DNA of 61,781 nt, filler included, from Choristocarpus tenellus KU-1152 (GCA_964200185.2; 8 parts of 8 records of this genome joined end to end with filler, not necessarily neighbours in it), one strand, 5' to 3'. Shown: positions 1 through 13,695, counted from the whole stretch's first letter. Notes: generated from the letters alone by a model not told the origin. Numbers and translations: made by a program.

Positions 1-61
1 AGCCAAGCCCCACAAATGGACAAACAGGGAAAAAATCGTACCCTCTAAGATACTTTCACTC
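1..61 (+). mobile_element. MITE family A, 3' end (cut by window start)
   Basis: Ends in GTACCCTCTAAGATACTTTCACTC, the right TIR seen in full copies such as 547-808. Confidence 0.85.
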
Positions 62-73
62 TCTTCTGTCCAG

Positions 74-3000
74 GTGTGTGCGGCTATGTCAATTGGGGCA
101 CTAGTGAGCAATGATCCCGCCTCATATGCATACCACATGTCTCACCAATTTCACCTGGGCGGTTTATTGGACAACAATGTGCCCGAGGCAGCCCCCCCCA
201 CTGCAATGATGGCACTTTACTGGGAGTGCCTTGGGGATAGTGACAAGAAGGACTCCTGTATACACATAACTCACAATATGCTGCGGGGATCTTGGTCCAA
301 GGCAAGTTGTCTGGGGCTGGAGAAGTGGAGTCAGGATTGTAATGCTTGAGAAATTCTGCCCCTCACTATACTGAAATCCTGCTCACATGATCATGAGAGG
401 GAAGAACACCATATTCCTCTCTACCTATGTCTAAGAAATTGTTGAAGTGTGTATGAGGAGGAAGGGGGTGTTGGGTAGAGCTCCAAAGCTCTAGTATCGA
501 ATCAAAGAATAACTGTTTTATCATACCTTGGAAGTAGAACACTTGAGAGCCAAATAATCTTAGAGGGTAGGGCCACGTCCATTTGGGGGCCGAAATCCAA
601 TGTTGCGATTTTGATGTAGCTATGGCTACCGTGTTTGCTAGGAAGTGTCAGTATCCTTGTTTCGGACACATCTTTTCGTAACGTATACGTTTTACCTACT
701 CTGAAACATTTTGGAGGGGAAAAATGTCATTTAAAAAAACCCTAAGGGAAGTCAAGTCTCAAATGGACAAACATTGCAAAACTCGTACCCTCTAAGATAC
801 TTCCACTCTTGAACAACATGACCACCGAACGTTTTAGCGTTATACACGATGAATCATTGTCCGGACAATGACTTCTTTTGTAGAAGTCATTTCCATGAGT
901 ATTTCCTGACCCACGGATGTTTTGGACTGACCTGACTATAGAGTGTTTGCTGAACAAAGAGTAACATAGAGCAATGGATGCCCCCAAGCACTGTCCAACA
1001 CAATGGGTATTATGTAGCAAATGGGTCCAAGAATTTGCTGGACAATAATAGAATAAAGCAGCTCGAACATGTGCTGGACAACGGATCTTGCAGAGGATAG
1101 AGTGTCAAACATTGCCCTGACTATGGGCGCCATGTGCAAGGCTTGTGTGGGGCATCAGATATTATGGATGCGCAGGGATTCGGACATTCTATCACAACAG
1201 AGGTTACAGAGCAAATGGCCCCTGAACATGCTCCTGGTAACAAGTGATGTAGAGCAAAAACGGCTCAAACATCATCATGGATAATGAGCATTATGAGAAA
1301 TAGTTTGAACATTCTACGGCAATACAAACACTGAGCATCTACTTTTTGTGGGGTGTGTATATACTCACACCCTGCCGTCATGGTTTTTCCTTCATTTGCT
1401 TTGTACAATTGCTACTGAGGATTTGGGGTATAGGGGGTTGGGGGGATTAATGGATAACCCGTTGGGAGAGTGGAGAGGTGTTGGCTGCAGATGTATGCCC
1501 ACTCCTGTATTCCCATGCCGAAAAAACTCACAAGCTCTGTGGTTAACAGTGATCGGTGGATGGTATCTATGACTTCCTTTCACACCACTCAGGAATATAT
1601 AGCAGAGAGTATCCGTGTGATAAAACATTTGAATGAGTCTCTACTACTAGTATTACTAAGATGCTCATGCCTTCCATCTTGAATAGGTCAGTGCAGAGTT
1701 TATGCTTTGCATGGAGTACCTGGACTGCGACAACGAGCCCAGGATCCACCCGGAGTGGGAACGACTTCCGTCCAACTGTAAGGCCCTCAACCTGGTTTCC
1801 TGTGTCTTGAGGTCCATGACCACCGTATTGAACCCAAATATTGGTCGCTCACTTGCCGAGAGGTTTTCCTGGGATTTGTCCACGGTGACCCAAAGTCTCA
1901 AGTCAGATGTGAGTGAGACAGGAAGAGGGGGGGGTAATATGAATGGAGTGAAGCGGTAAAGATTGACCTTTGTCATGTGTCTTGGTGGATTGGCCACTGA
2001 GAAATATTCCTAACTGATCTCTTAATGGAAACGTGTCCCCCGTTTAGCATAGCAGGTACATGAATGTTCATGTGGTCTTGTTGTTCACTTCATTTAATCT
2101 TTTTAGACACCAGTCCCTTATGTATAGAACCTGGTTCTGGTCCTGGTTTGGTTCCGTTCATGTTTGCACTGAGGCTCAAACTTTGGACCCCAATCCTTCT
2201 TCTGTTCATCGACTAGATAGATGGAAATTGAATGTGTGCCGGATTCTTCTGCAGCAGTGCCATCCACATACCTCACTCCTTCCGCCAAGAACATCAGCAT
2301 GCGTATGAGTTTGAAAAGGCTGTGTCATTTGTTTCTATCTACTGCAACTTCCCTTTGACTACTACTAACCTTGGCCATTTCTCACTACATCGTCTAATAT
2401 CCCCATTTCTCCTCCCACCTACAACAGAATTCAAACGAGCTTCCCCTGCTGGTGTGTAGCTCCATGCATGCGCTCCTGCTTGTGATGCTCGGAATGGTGT
2501 CAAAGGCCACAGAAGTTTTGGATGATATTCCTGGGATCATAGAAAGCAACCCCATGGTCATCAAGGCGCTTCCCCACAGTTGGGACGCCACACTGATTGC
2601 CATCTCCCTGGCATTCATTCTTGGGCGCTTACAAACACATGGGCGAATGCTCATCCTTGTGGATCATACCCACAAGACCTCAGACCACGCACATGGATTC
2701 TACTGTCTCCCCAAGCCTGGGAGCTCGAGTTTGGCTTACCTCAACCACTACTGCTATTCCTCTGACACAATGTGTCCAGTTGTTCGCACTGTTGGGCGTG
2801 GCACCTGTTTTGGTCGGGCTTCATACTACCCTTAGTGAGATATAGTATATACGAGGAGTAGTAGGTGAGGAGTTGTGACCAACAGGAACAGCGTCTCCAA
2901 TGAAAATATTGCGCCAGCAGCTGGTTGGGCGCTGTTCCTACTGCATAAAACACTATCAATGTTGGCCCTCAGCCTCTTGATGTGCTGTCCAAAAATGCCA

Positions 3001-3085
3001 GACATTTTTTTCCTGCCTATTTCCGATTCTAGAAGATACGCCGTTGAGGAGAAATTGCTCATTCATGATCTGCTCCTGAGTTTAG
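74..3085 (+). CDS. Multi-exon gene of unknown function (internal exons; boundaries partly uncertain)
   Basis: Open phase-0 exons bounded by splice signals at 74-301 (cag|...AAG|gcaagt) and 1687-1884 (tag|...ACG|gtgacc). Likely further exons lie near 1062-1240, 2460-2660 and 2886-3085. Leu-rich helical sequence with no recognisable motif. Confidence 0.45.
547..808 (+). mobile_element. MITE family A, full copy
   Basis: About 23-bp imperfect TIRs (GAGCCAAATAATCTTAGAGGGTA / TACCCTCTAAGATACTTCCACTC), subterminal GTCCATTTG / CAAATGGAC inverted motif, 4-bp TSD TTGA. Confidence 0.9.
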
Positions 3086-4446
3086 GTATGTATTGGGTTC
3101 ACTACCTGCGTCTTGCTGACAAAAGAAAACATATGTCACCAAGAAGCGCAAGAACGTAAGGTGGAAAGGGTAGGTAAGATGTATGTCAACTAGTGCAAGG
3201 TTGTGCGCAGTTTGACCCCAAGGGTTGGTTGAGGCTGTTTAGCCATTACAGTGCTTGTCTCTTTTGTCAAGGGAGTGCGGCACACAAAACCACCCAGAAG
3301 TGTACCTTTTTTTATATAGAATTTTTGTATTCCGGAGTATTTTGTAGTACCACACTACATTGGTAGAGCAAAAAAGCTAAAGGCTATTGATAGCACTATC
3401 CTTCTGTTGCACCGAGGTAATTGATTTTTTTGCTGTCCTTGCCAATGCGCTTTGGTTGAATGGGGAATGTTGTGCAGTGGAAGGAGAGAAAAACCTTGTG
3501 CTTTGGGCTGAAAGCCTGTTGCCTCCCAAGGATTTCCTCTGTGACGATGTGTACTGATGACTGGTCATGTCAAGTGAGATTCGGTGGGGAATTGTTGCTT
3601 CTACACAGGGAAGACCACTGCTGTTCCTCCTCACCCTGGGAAAGTTGAGTGAGAAACTCACATGCTACAATATTGTAGATGTGATGAAGAGCAAGGCTAG
3701 CCAATTTTTTTCGTTGAAGTAACAAGCAGCGATATGGGTGAAGTTGATGTCGATGTGTGGCAGGTTCAAGCCTCTAGTATTGAATCATGCATCTTGTGTG
3801 TTATTGAATGTTATCAGTGGAGCTACGTGTGTTGCCATACGATTCAGACCATAAATTGATTTGCTTTTTTTGATGGATGCCAAGAAACGGTCGATTAGCC
3901 AAAGTAGAGGCTGATAGGGCTGTTTGGTGGTAGAGGAAGTTGCAGACATTGATCTGCCTTCTGTTGCCATGTCTTGCGGATATGACTCTGATGGTAAACG
4001 TTGAGTGATGCTACGTTAGCACTTGTGAGACAGCTTTCTTGTTTCTTTGTGACTGTGTGATTGATTTGCCTTGCTTGGTACGTGCCTTACCCTGAGTGTA
4101 CTGTACCTGATGTCTTGTGATACGTTCGTTGAGTACAGTGTGTAGTGGGAGGATCAACCAAGCCCTGAAAAGAGTACTTGCTGTGGCTCTCCATTGAGAT
4201 CAACATTGTGCACACGCACACACCCGTGTGGGCACATTATTGACATGAAAATACCACCACTACACAAATCATTATTATTACCCAAGTGTTGACTTGTGAG
4301 GCAAGATGAGGGAAACCCACCTCTTACAATTATGATAATAAAAAGTATCTACAGCTTGACACATGAAGAATTTGGGCACTTTCCAAGCACAGCAGTACTT
4401 CAGAAGAAAAGTGACACTGAGGTTTCCTTGGTCGTCAAGAGAAAAT

Positions 4447-4628
4447 GGCTCAAAGTATCTGGGGGGGGAGGGGTCTACACCATGGTGTTCATTTGGACCT
4501 GACCAGGAGAAGTGCACAGACATTATCCATCTGATGCATGCAACCAAATTCACCCAAAAATCGCGACATGGAAAAATGGGATCCAAATGGACAGCCGCCA
4601 CACCCCCCCCCTCCTGATACTTTGACCC
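4447..4628 (+). mobile_element. MITE family B, full copy
   Basis: TIRs GGCTCAAAGTATC / GATACTTTGACCC, TSD AAAT; homologous to 58809-58988. Confidence 0.85.
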
Positions 4629-5195
4629 AAATCGCTAGTGAAGTGGCAGGAGAACACCTCAAGAAGGCACGTGACAAAGGTCAACACCAATTTGAGTTGT
4701 GAGTATTGTCAGTTCAACCTGAATGGCTTGAACATATCCAGCATATCCGAAAAGAGTCATACGAAAATCTGGCCGCTTGGATAGTTGATCTGGTCCTATT
4801 CTTCAGGATTTGTTAGTGCTTTCTATAAAACACCTGGGGCAGCCTTTTGCTTCAGGTTTTCTCTGTCACACAGTTACCTCTAGGTGCTGCAACCCCCTGA
4901 AGCTCAGGTATCCATTCCACTGCCCCCCGAAGGAAGTAAAAAGCACCCAGTTACCTGACCTGTCCACCCTCATGAACTAGTTTGGATTCTTTTTGAGAAA
5001 AGTCTACACGATCTACCCAATTTCCCCCTCAAAAACAAACCAGACTCTCCATATACAATACTTCAAATCAAGTACAAATTGGGTAAGATAAAATAGGTCA
5101 ACACGTTTGGCTCTCCTCCACAAAGCATACGTTTGATATGGTGAAATATGACCTTATACCAAGAGATCTCCAACAGCACTCTTCCCTTCTATCCC

Positions 5196-7332
5196 TCAAC
5201 TCCACCACACACCATGAACACAATGGCCGTGATTGCAAGGCGATCTTTCAATGAATTTATACACATGTGCTTTGAAATATGCATCACATAAGCTGACACA
5301 GATCTCTTCCAGGGTGTCTCTTGCCAGGTATAACTGGAAGTTCATGAATTCAGCGGTACAAAAAATTGTGTCTGCTAGAAATACCAAGATCTGACTGCTT
5401 TAATGAAAAGTAGTGTTGCTGACAAAAGGGTATACGCCCCTACAACTTTGCCCACTCAAGATCTTGGCAAAACTAAACCAACATTGCACATTCACATGCT
5501 GGTCTATCATCAGACCAAAAGATAGGCCCCATGTGCTGGGTATCAAGCATGGGCGAACAAGCACTACTCAACCAACCAAGGCCCTGATAAATTGCCACAA
5601 ATTGGGATGGAAAGAGCTGCAGCAACAAGAGTAGGAGTGGGTGGAAAAAATTCAATAAAACGAGAAGAAAGTGGAGTGGGCCAATAGCCCTCCCAAAAGC
5701 GGAGAGCTACTGAGCAGCAATGATGAAGAGATGGGAACTAGCCAGATCAGTGTCCCGTTCAAGCAAAAAACTATTGAGCACTCTGTACACACTAACCTGT
5801 CAACATCCTCAGAGACTGAAGGGCACTGAAATAAACTCTTTGAACAGCCTCAAACTCAGGTCCCAGCAATATCCCCAAGCAGCCGCCGGCACACGCTTCC
5901 TGCAAACTCTTCTCTGAGGCACATCAACCTGCGCTGAAGGTCCGCCCCCCTTCCTCCGTGGCCATCCCCTCTTTCATGCCCATCGCACCCTTCTTTCTGG
6001 AGTGAAATGTCTCCACCTTGACCTTCTTGTGATCTACACTCCTGAGAACTACAACCACCGAAGACAGCCTGGTAAAACCGAGGCATCCCTTCCTCCCCTC
6101 CTGCTTCCTCCCACCTCGAGGTGAGAATGTATGCCGTTTTGGGGTCAAGGCCGTTCACCAGTCGGGTCCACTCTGTCCTTCGAGACAAGGCTAGGAAGGG
6201 TAGTTCCTACATGAGCAAGGGTTTTCAGGCGTGTACATGGTTCGGGGCAGGGGGAGAGGGGGGGCACTGACGTAGGTGGGAGGGAGGGAAGTAAAGAGAG
6301 AGAGAGAGAGAGAGAGAGAGATGCTGACGAGAAGAGAAGCCAAGATAGGTTCGGGCACAATGCACCATACTTTCAGAAGAGCTGTGCCAGGCATATCAGC
6401 AATTCATGTCTGTTAACCACATCCAACAGGTCCAGAGAGTCAGGGTAAAATGTTTTCTCCTCACAGCTTGTACCTGAAGGGGAAACACTAGGCTGATTCA
6501 AGGGAAGGATGGGAAAGGTGAATAAATCAATCCTCACAGGTGTACTGCATTGTGTTTGAGTACATCTATCATCCATGTAGATCCTAAACAGCTTACTATC
6601 AACCAAGAGGACAACAAGAGACCAGAGAGAGGTCAGAAGAATATACTCCGGAGTACACACTAAAATTTCCCTTTTCCCTTCCATCACTACTCTTGCATCC
6701 TACCCACCACAACAGTACCAATCCCGAACCTCTTGCCTTCATCATAAGCTCCAAGCTCATCTTCTGGAGGTACATGTTGCGCTCGTCTGTCGTTGAATGG
6801 GCCATTGAGAGCGGGGTGAGGGGAATGTCATCGTCTGAGTCTGGCTCAGGTTCTTTATCCCTTCCCAGCTCCAAGGTTGGTTCTCGCTCAGATTCTGACT
6901 TTTCTGATCTTGCAACCTTTGTGGGAGGGATTGATAGGGAAGATGACCTAGAGCGCTTGATCCCTGTACCTCCCCATCAGAGCCAATCAGGAATGAGTGC
7001 GTGTGTGCATCCCAGAGGTTGAAGGAGTTGGTGGGGCAGTGATGGTCAAAAAGAGCAGGAGATTGGTCGCAAGGGGCACAAATATCACCATGTTCCAGAT
7101 GGCATGGTTGTAAGAAGGCACAAAGGAAGGTCAGCGAGTTAAGCTTGAAGACACTGGGGAAGGGAGGGGGGAGAGGTGGCTCTATGCCCTGTGGCAAGGT
7201 TACTCTGGGCCAGTGTAAATGTTGACTCCGCATAGCAAGATTTTTATGAGAAAATGCTCACTAATTTAAACTCTAAATCTTTTCGAAGAGAGCGCATTCA
7301 AACATCCATTTTCGCCCTCGCTCCCAACTATA

Positions 7333-7370
<38 letters not shown>

Positions 7371-7885
7371 TCTTACCAAACACGCATCCGCACCCTTCAA
7401 AACTGGAAGACTCTTATCACACATTGAAGGACCTAAGACGCAACGACAGAGACGGGCGGTTGCACACCCAAGACAAGAGCGTGACATGCGCTCCACAGGA
7501 GAGTGCCGGCGGAAGCGGTTACGTTTCATACTTGATTAACAAAAACAGCCACTAGAGCAGTCACAAAAACAAGGGTGAGTCCTCCCCAAAGCATACAGGA
7601 ACCAGGGCAACCAAAATTTTCCACTACTGCAGTCATTTGTAGTAGTAGGTTCAAGTCACAGGATAGAAATCAAGCTCTAGAGTTAGAATTACACTGCCCA
7701 CCTCCAATCTCCCCATTTCCCGCCACTGCCCCCTCTCCTGGTCCAACCACCTCCAAGTCTCCGGCCACACTCGAGTCAGCCTCCCCCCTCCCCCCTGCCC
7801 CACCTCCCATCACCTCATCCGCCCCACCCAGCGCTTCCCGGAGCAAGCGTTCCTGCAGGAGTGAGCCCAATAGGCATCGAAGATA
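5196..7885 (-). CDS. Multi-exon gene of unknown function
   Basis: Phase-compatible exons 7530-7377, 7143-6970 and 6916-~6720 with AG/GT boundaries. Other candidate exons near 7885-7700, 6590-6540 and 5390-5196. No recognisable family. Confidence 0.4.
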
Positions 7886-8085
7886 ATAGACACGCATGTG
7901 TCGTTTGCCAGGGTCTTCACAAATACCTGTTCGCGTCCCCTGTCTCAAACAAAAATGTTTTTCCCCAAGCAACATGCGTAGGCAAAAATAAATAAATAAT
8001 GTGGGTCACGGGTTTGGATACAAGGGGGGGGGGGGGGGGGGGGGGAATACTCCACAAACTCCGCGAAGTTAAAAGGGGCGGTTCC

Positions 8086-8185
8086 NNNNNNNNNNNNNNN
8101 NNNNNNNNNNNNNNNNNNNNNNNNNNNNNTTAATTAATTAANNNNNNNNNNNNNNNNNNNNNNNNNNNNNNNNNNNNNNNNNNNN
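8086..8185. other. Artificial contig linker
   Basis: 44 N + TTAATTAATTAA (stops in all frames) + 44 N; identical at seven sites. Confidence 0.99.
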
Positions 8186-8402
8186 TTTTGGGGGGGGGGG
8201 TGCTCAATCTCATCACCTGGTTTGTGTGGGGTTTTTTTGTCGGGGTGTGATACCGCTCCTGCTACTGAATGAGGTGAATGCCTTTATTTTGTGCTTCCTC
8301 TCACCCTGATCTCCGCCCAAAATTACACAATGCCTTCTGTAACCTTGGCTTCATATCTCTCACTTCTTAACTATCCTCTCAATTTCTATTTTTTTTTATC
8401 AG

Positions 8403-9023
8403 GTTGATCCTGATTGGGTCAACATGCAGCGGCAATATCTCGTAACACAAGAGCATGCCAACAACTCAATCAGTCAGAAGGAGGGGGTGGCATATCAGGC
8501 CTACGGAGCTTATCCTGACACTTCACATCAATACCCTCCGGATTCTATTGGGGAAGCTTTTCCAGCCCACAGGGCATATCCTGATACATCACACCAATAC
8601 CCCTCAGAAGGTCTTTCCGGCACAGGACACGTTGGATTCGAAGAACAGAGAGGTGGGGTGGAAGGCACCTCAAGTGTTGCGACCCATGGAGTGATTGGCG
8701 CATACCCAGACACTGATCACCAGTATAACAGAGACACAATAAATGCATGTGGTGATTCAGGTTTGGTGTCTTGGACTGGGGAAGTGGGGCTGATGTCGCC
8801 TCCCGCCCAGCAGGCTTGCATTGCCGTGGAAGGCAATGAGCCTCCTCTACACAGACATAGCAAGCTAGGGAAGAGGTCAAGTAGAGACAGTAGTGAGTAT
8901 GGGATTGGGATCAAGTTAGGGGAGAGGCCAGCTGTGGAGTCAGCGACTCCAAAAACTCTACAGCCATCGGATGATGCAGTGGCATCGACTCTATCATTGT
9001 TAGGAAACTACGATTCAGAATGA
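8403..9023 (+). CDS. Terminal exon of unknown gene with three AYPDTxHQY repeats
   Basis: Pyrimidine tract + cag acceptor at 8401-8402, then an open frame of about 206 codons ending SLLGNYDSE*. Confidence 0.65.
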   Translation, partial: VDPDWVNMQRQYLVTQEHANNSISQKEGVAYQAYGAYPDTSHQYPPDSIGEAFPAHRAYPDTSHQYPSEGLSGTGHVGFEEQRGGVEGTSSVATHGVIGAYPDTDHQYNRDTINACGDSGLVSWTGEVGLMSPPAQQACIAVEGNEPPLHRHSKLGKRSSRDSSEYGIGIKLGERPAVESATPKTLQPSDDAVASTLSLLGNYDSE

Positions 9024-11345
9024 GATTGACCGCTGGGGCTAGCAGATTGGCACTGAGAAGACACACCCTGGGTGAATAGTGTGACCAAGGGCATCCAATG
9101 GAAAGTCAAGACAAAACTTCTTGTAGGTGTTTGCTTTGCCTTGCATTCCATGTGCGGTCCAGTTCATTACGTTGAGGAAAAGTACTCTTACTGTGGTTGT
9201 TTACCTGTGCGTGTACTATGTGATAAATGGAGTGGTACTTCCTCAAATAGGCGCATTAGTACAGCGCAAGATACAAAAACAAAATAATAACAAAGACCCA
9301 GGATCAAAGATTGCAGCATAAGAATAGACATGATTTGTTCACTATGATAACCGTCGCTAATGCTTAAAATACAATAATTTAACTCTATTATTAGAATTTA
9401 TTCACTGATTCCACCTTTGGGGTAATTTTTTCTAGTTTTAGACAAAAAATAATCCATAGCAATCGTTAATTTTAAAAAGTTTTTTCTACCTATTCCTACC
9501 CGTCTGCAACCAAGAATGTTCTGTCATGCATTACGTTTGGCCACAGCAATGTGCACGAGGGATCGTGTTTGGTTGGGGCACAAATAGTTGCATTAGAGGG
9601 ATGAAATTTTCCAAGTGCTTCTGCCTTGTTTTACTGTGTATTTGTAGGGGGTAAACTCAGGGAGTAGTTGAGGGGGGTGATGTGTTGATTTGCTTCCCAC
9701 TTTTGAGGAGGCTGTGATAGAATACTTTGCAATAAAACATACTACATAGTCCTATGATACTGCCCTTATTCCATCATTTACCATGGCCATGAACTTCATG
9801 GCCCAGTGGTTGTACAGAAGTTACTATTTTTGTTTTTGGTAGTTCATATTACTACCATACTGTACTTTGTTCTAGTCCAGAAAGCAGAAGTGAATGAGTA
9901 GATGTGGAGGCAACACCTTCCACTGTTGTAGCTAAAAGTAGAATTACTTGATACTTCGGTAAGAAGTATTTATCCGAGGCATTGAGGATATTTATAATTT
10001 GCTACTAGCCTCCAGTCCTACTCTCCATGCAGGAAGGGTGAAGACAAGTGATGGTTGATGAACTTCGATGCTTTCTAATTTAATGGATGATGCATTGGAG
10101 CCAAATCAACTGAGAGGTAGGCAGGGTTGTATTTAAGGATCCTGAGAGAGGGCAAAAAGACACAATTTGGTATGATCGCAGAAAAGAGTCTTTACTTAAG
10201 TGTGGCGTTTGTGTGTGGAAAGGGGGAATATCAATTTTGCATACACTGTTATTGTGCACATGAAGCAATGAAGTAGAGTATACTGCACAGGGTACGAAAG
10301 ATAACATAGAATGCAAAAGGGTCCAAACCTGCCTACATCTTGAGTGATTTGACTCATGTGGTATGCATCACATACACACATGTGTTTTTCTTGTAGTGAT
10401 GTCATTGCTCTCTCGTAATCCATTATTTTGAACTGCAAATGTGAGTCAAATGAGTTCAGATGACCGAGTGAGTAGTAGGAGCTAATCTAGATTAAAAACA
10501 TTATCACAATAATATCGTGCACTGGAACTCCTCCACACTTCGTGTTCGGAAACTGAGCTCTTCACAGCAACTCGTGTCCTCTTGCACACGCTTCTGTTAC
10601 GAGCCTGTCCCTTACACCTCATTCGATTGTCAACTCCTCATGGAGTGTTCAATCCTAGACAACCATGATGTTCCTTCGATGCAACAAGCAGGGCAGCCTG
10701 TTCGACCCCTTCTATGTTGCAAAGAATGGTGCTGAACTTCAAAAATAATACTGGAAGTGGGCACCTCACATATGGGGGTGGTTGTTCTTCTATTAGGAGG
10801 TTGTAGCATGGACAATTACAAAACAGAAACATAAACTCCCCTAAATCCAAGATGTCGCTTCAATCCTCTGTCAATATACTGGATTCAGACCATAACAAAT
10901 AAGTGTGGTGACCCTCCCTTCTCGTGGAAGCGACGTGGGTGGAGTTAGGGGGTCAATGAATGGAGTAATGGGATAAGGTAGGATAAAATTACATGTGAAT
11001 TCAGATTGGTAGGAACCCACCTTTGTGTTGGACTTCGTGTATTGAATAGAATTCATTGTTCGTGGTAGTGGAATGTTTGATTAGGTGGGTTGTTGCTGTA
11101 ATATGTGGTGAAGGTGTGAGCTGTGTTATCGATTCTGGAAGTTCACCTTATGTGTCTGTAAATGTTGACGTGATGTTGGGTTAATGCTTGGTCCTTTGTT
11201 GTTATGATATTGAACACATCGGCCACCCACGGTGACAAAACCCTGTGGTTGAGTGGATTGAATACAACCCCATGTGTTGAAACTAGGAGACTCGAGAACT
11301 GAGTTGACATGCTTTAGATGCCACGCCAACTCTGTACACTTACGC

Positions 11346-11359
11346 TAGTCACGTGACTA
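11346..11359. promoter_or_regulatory. Perfect palindrome TAGTCACGTGACTA (extended E-box) upstream of UTP15
   Basis: 14-bp palindrome ending 45 bp before the ATG; function is inferred. Confidence 0.4.
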
Positions 11360-11403
11360 ATCCGAAATCATCAGTAGGCCAGCCACTCTAACATTTGGGA
11401 AAT

Positions 11404-13178
11404 ATGTCTTCATCTTTCAAGCGAACAGCGACCAAGCTAGTACCAACAATACAAGAGCGAGAAACGCCAGAGGCTCGGTACTGGCGAAAGTTCACAAACC
11501 CTGATGTTCAGGTATGCGAACAGTATCTATTATGACACGGACAAGTTTTGGTGCCTATATGCATGAGAGTGTCGACCAAGAAGCCCGAATCAAACCTCTC
11601 TCTATGCACAACATTACACTGGTGCAAATTGAGATGCATCTCTAAGATGCCTGAATAGTTTACGGGGTGCGTTGGGTTGATGGAAGAACGTTTCTGGAGA
11701 GGATCGACTTAGGACTATCGGTACTGAGACTCTTCACTAGAGCCTGGTATCAAAACCTGTCGTAACTCCACTATGGTTGGTACCAGTACCTCTTGTCCAC
11801 TTGATCGTGCTCGTATTTCACGAGGATTAGTATATGTACTGCGCATGAGCATGCACCAATCTACCGTAGCACTATCATAGTTGTGTTTGGGGCATTTATG
11901 GTCATGGTCTAGCTCTGTGTACCTTCTATGTAGTTGTTTCCCTTGTAGAGTATGTGATAGTTGAGAACCTTACCTTGGATTCCTGCTACGTCTGCACTTC
12001 AAGTTCCTCCCACCACTGAGCGGGCTTAGGAATGTGAAGTCGTCGTGAACAACGCCAAGGGAGAATGAATATATGAGACATAATACTGCGCTTTTGTGGC
12101 ACCTTTCTGCAATTTCCACCAACCCTACTCTACCCATTCCACTCTGGTATCCTCCTAGCACCACCTCACCTGTTCCACCCCCTGCCCGGCTTCCCCAATC
12201 TCATCCTACAGACACACAATGCTTCAGTGACGTGCGTGCACTTCAGCCCCACAGAGCCCCATGACTTTGCCGTGACCTGCTCAACGCATGTCTCGATTCA
12301 CTCTGGGAGTACGGGACGTCTCATTAGATCGGTGGGACGCTTCGATGGGATAGCCTATAGTGCACAATTTCGTGGGGACGGACGGCTGATTGCCACGGGT
12401 GACCACACGGGAGTTGTGAAGGTATGGGGAAAGGGTAAAGGTGCCTTGGAGTGTATGTTTGATGTCAAGGAGCGGAGAGAAGGTGCAGTGCAAGAGTTCA
12501 CTGAGTTGCTGCTACACCTATTGGGTTGTGAGAATATCTCTTAGATGAGGTGTACTGCTAGTACATTTCTAGGGTTGTAACCCAGCCTTCAACTGTTTGC
12601 AAACTTCACCTCTGGAACAGGCTTGTTCCCTTGACACCCCTATCCCAATGGCTTCGACTCATACCCCTAAGTTGTGTTGTACTGCTTCTCACTAACACCC
12701 CAGTGTGTTGCTGTTTGCCTGCCTATCTCCTACTCGACTTTGCCAAGAGTCAAAGTAACCGAGATGGGTATGTGTTTTGGCCGTATTTAAGTTTTACAGA
12801 GCTTCTTTCAACTGTTTTTGAAGAAAGACAAAGACAATATATTCAAAAATATTAGGCTCAATAAGGACAACTTACTTCTACAAACTAGGTGCACTCCACA
12901 CCTGTGGGCTGAGTACTCCAAAAACAGACACCACCAGAAAGACTGAGGGGCCCTTAGCGCTCAGCGACCCCCCGTCCGTCCGTCTGTCCGATACTTTGCC
13001 TATAAAACATTGTTGCCAGGTAATAGAGGCCAAGAGCAAAGGGATCCTCCGCTCCTTCAAGGAACACAAAGCTCCCGTGAGAGCTGTCCGGTGGTCTCAC
13101 GATGGCCTCCGCCTCGCCAGTGCCTCCGATGACAAGACTGTACGACTCTGGGACCTGCCCACCGCGGGGGCGCTCGAG
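11404..13178 (+). CDS. UTP15: U3 snoRNA-associated protein 15 (WD40), exons 1-3, 3' part missing
   Basis: Exons 11404-11511, 12212-12421 and 13020-13178, all phase 0 with GT-AG: ETPEARYWRKF, FSPTEPHDFAVT, AYSAQFRGDGRLIATGD, LASASDDKTVRLWD. Confidence 0.9.
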
Positions 13179-13645
13179 GTGTGACCCGAAGAATGAAGTT
13201 CAAATCGATGCAGGAAAAAAAAAAGAGAAAGAAGAAAATGTGCCGCTCTTTCTCAGCAGTGCAGCGTTGGTTGCATGTTTTGTTTTCGATGGGGATGTGA
13301 ATGTTGTGAAACTTCCCAATTTTTGGGAAAACCTTTTTTTGGCTCCTCGTGGACGCGAACCAAAGGGCTGTACAATTTTGGTTACGTGAACGAACTGCGC
13401 AGTGTACAGTTGTTGCGGCGAGGGAGAAGAACAATCCAGACAGACTGGAGGGGTGTGCCTACTACCCCGATGATGGCACTGGCCCTGTTAACCCCCCCTC
13501 GGAGGAGCGTGTCGTGGGCGCTCAGAGTGTCCCTTTGCGCCCGCCGGTGTGTTGTTGCCTTGGAAGTGTGTAACGGCTGTAGAGATGAGGAATAGATGTC
13601 TCGATCAACTCTGCGAAATTGCAGCGCTCGTAACTGTTGTAACTG

Positions 13646-13646
<1 letters not shown>

Positions 13647-13694
<48 letters not shown>
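13647..13694. repeat. (CA)n microsatellite
   Basis: Direct reading. Confidence 0.95.

Positions 13695-13695
<1 letters not shown>

Noticed and set aside
4278-4677. Small ORFs recurring in similar form elsewhere (also the MSISLFQTH... ORFs at 33359, 40594, 52759)
   Set aside because: Chance translations of MITE copies.
10517-11329. Gene divergent from UTP15
   Set aside because: Open frames and one plausible donor, but no consistent exon chain or recognisable product.
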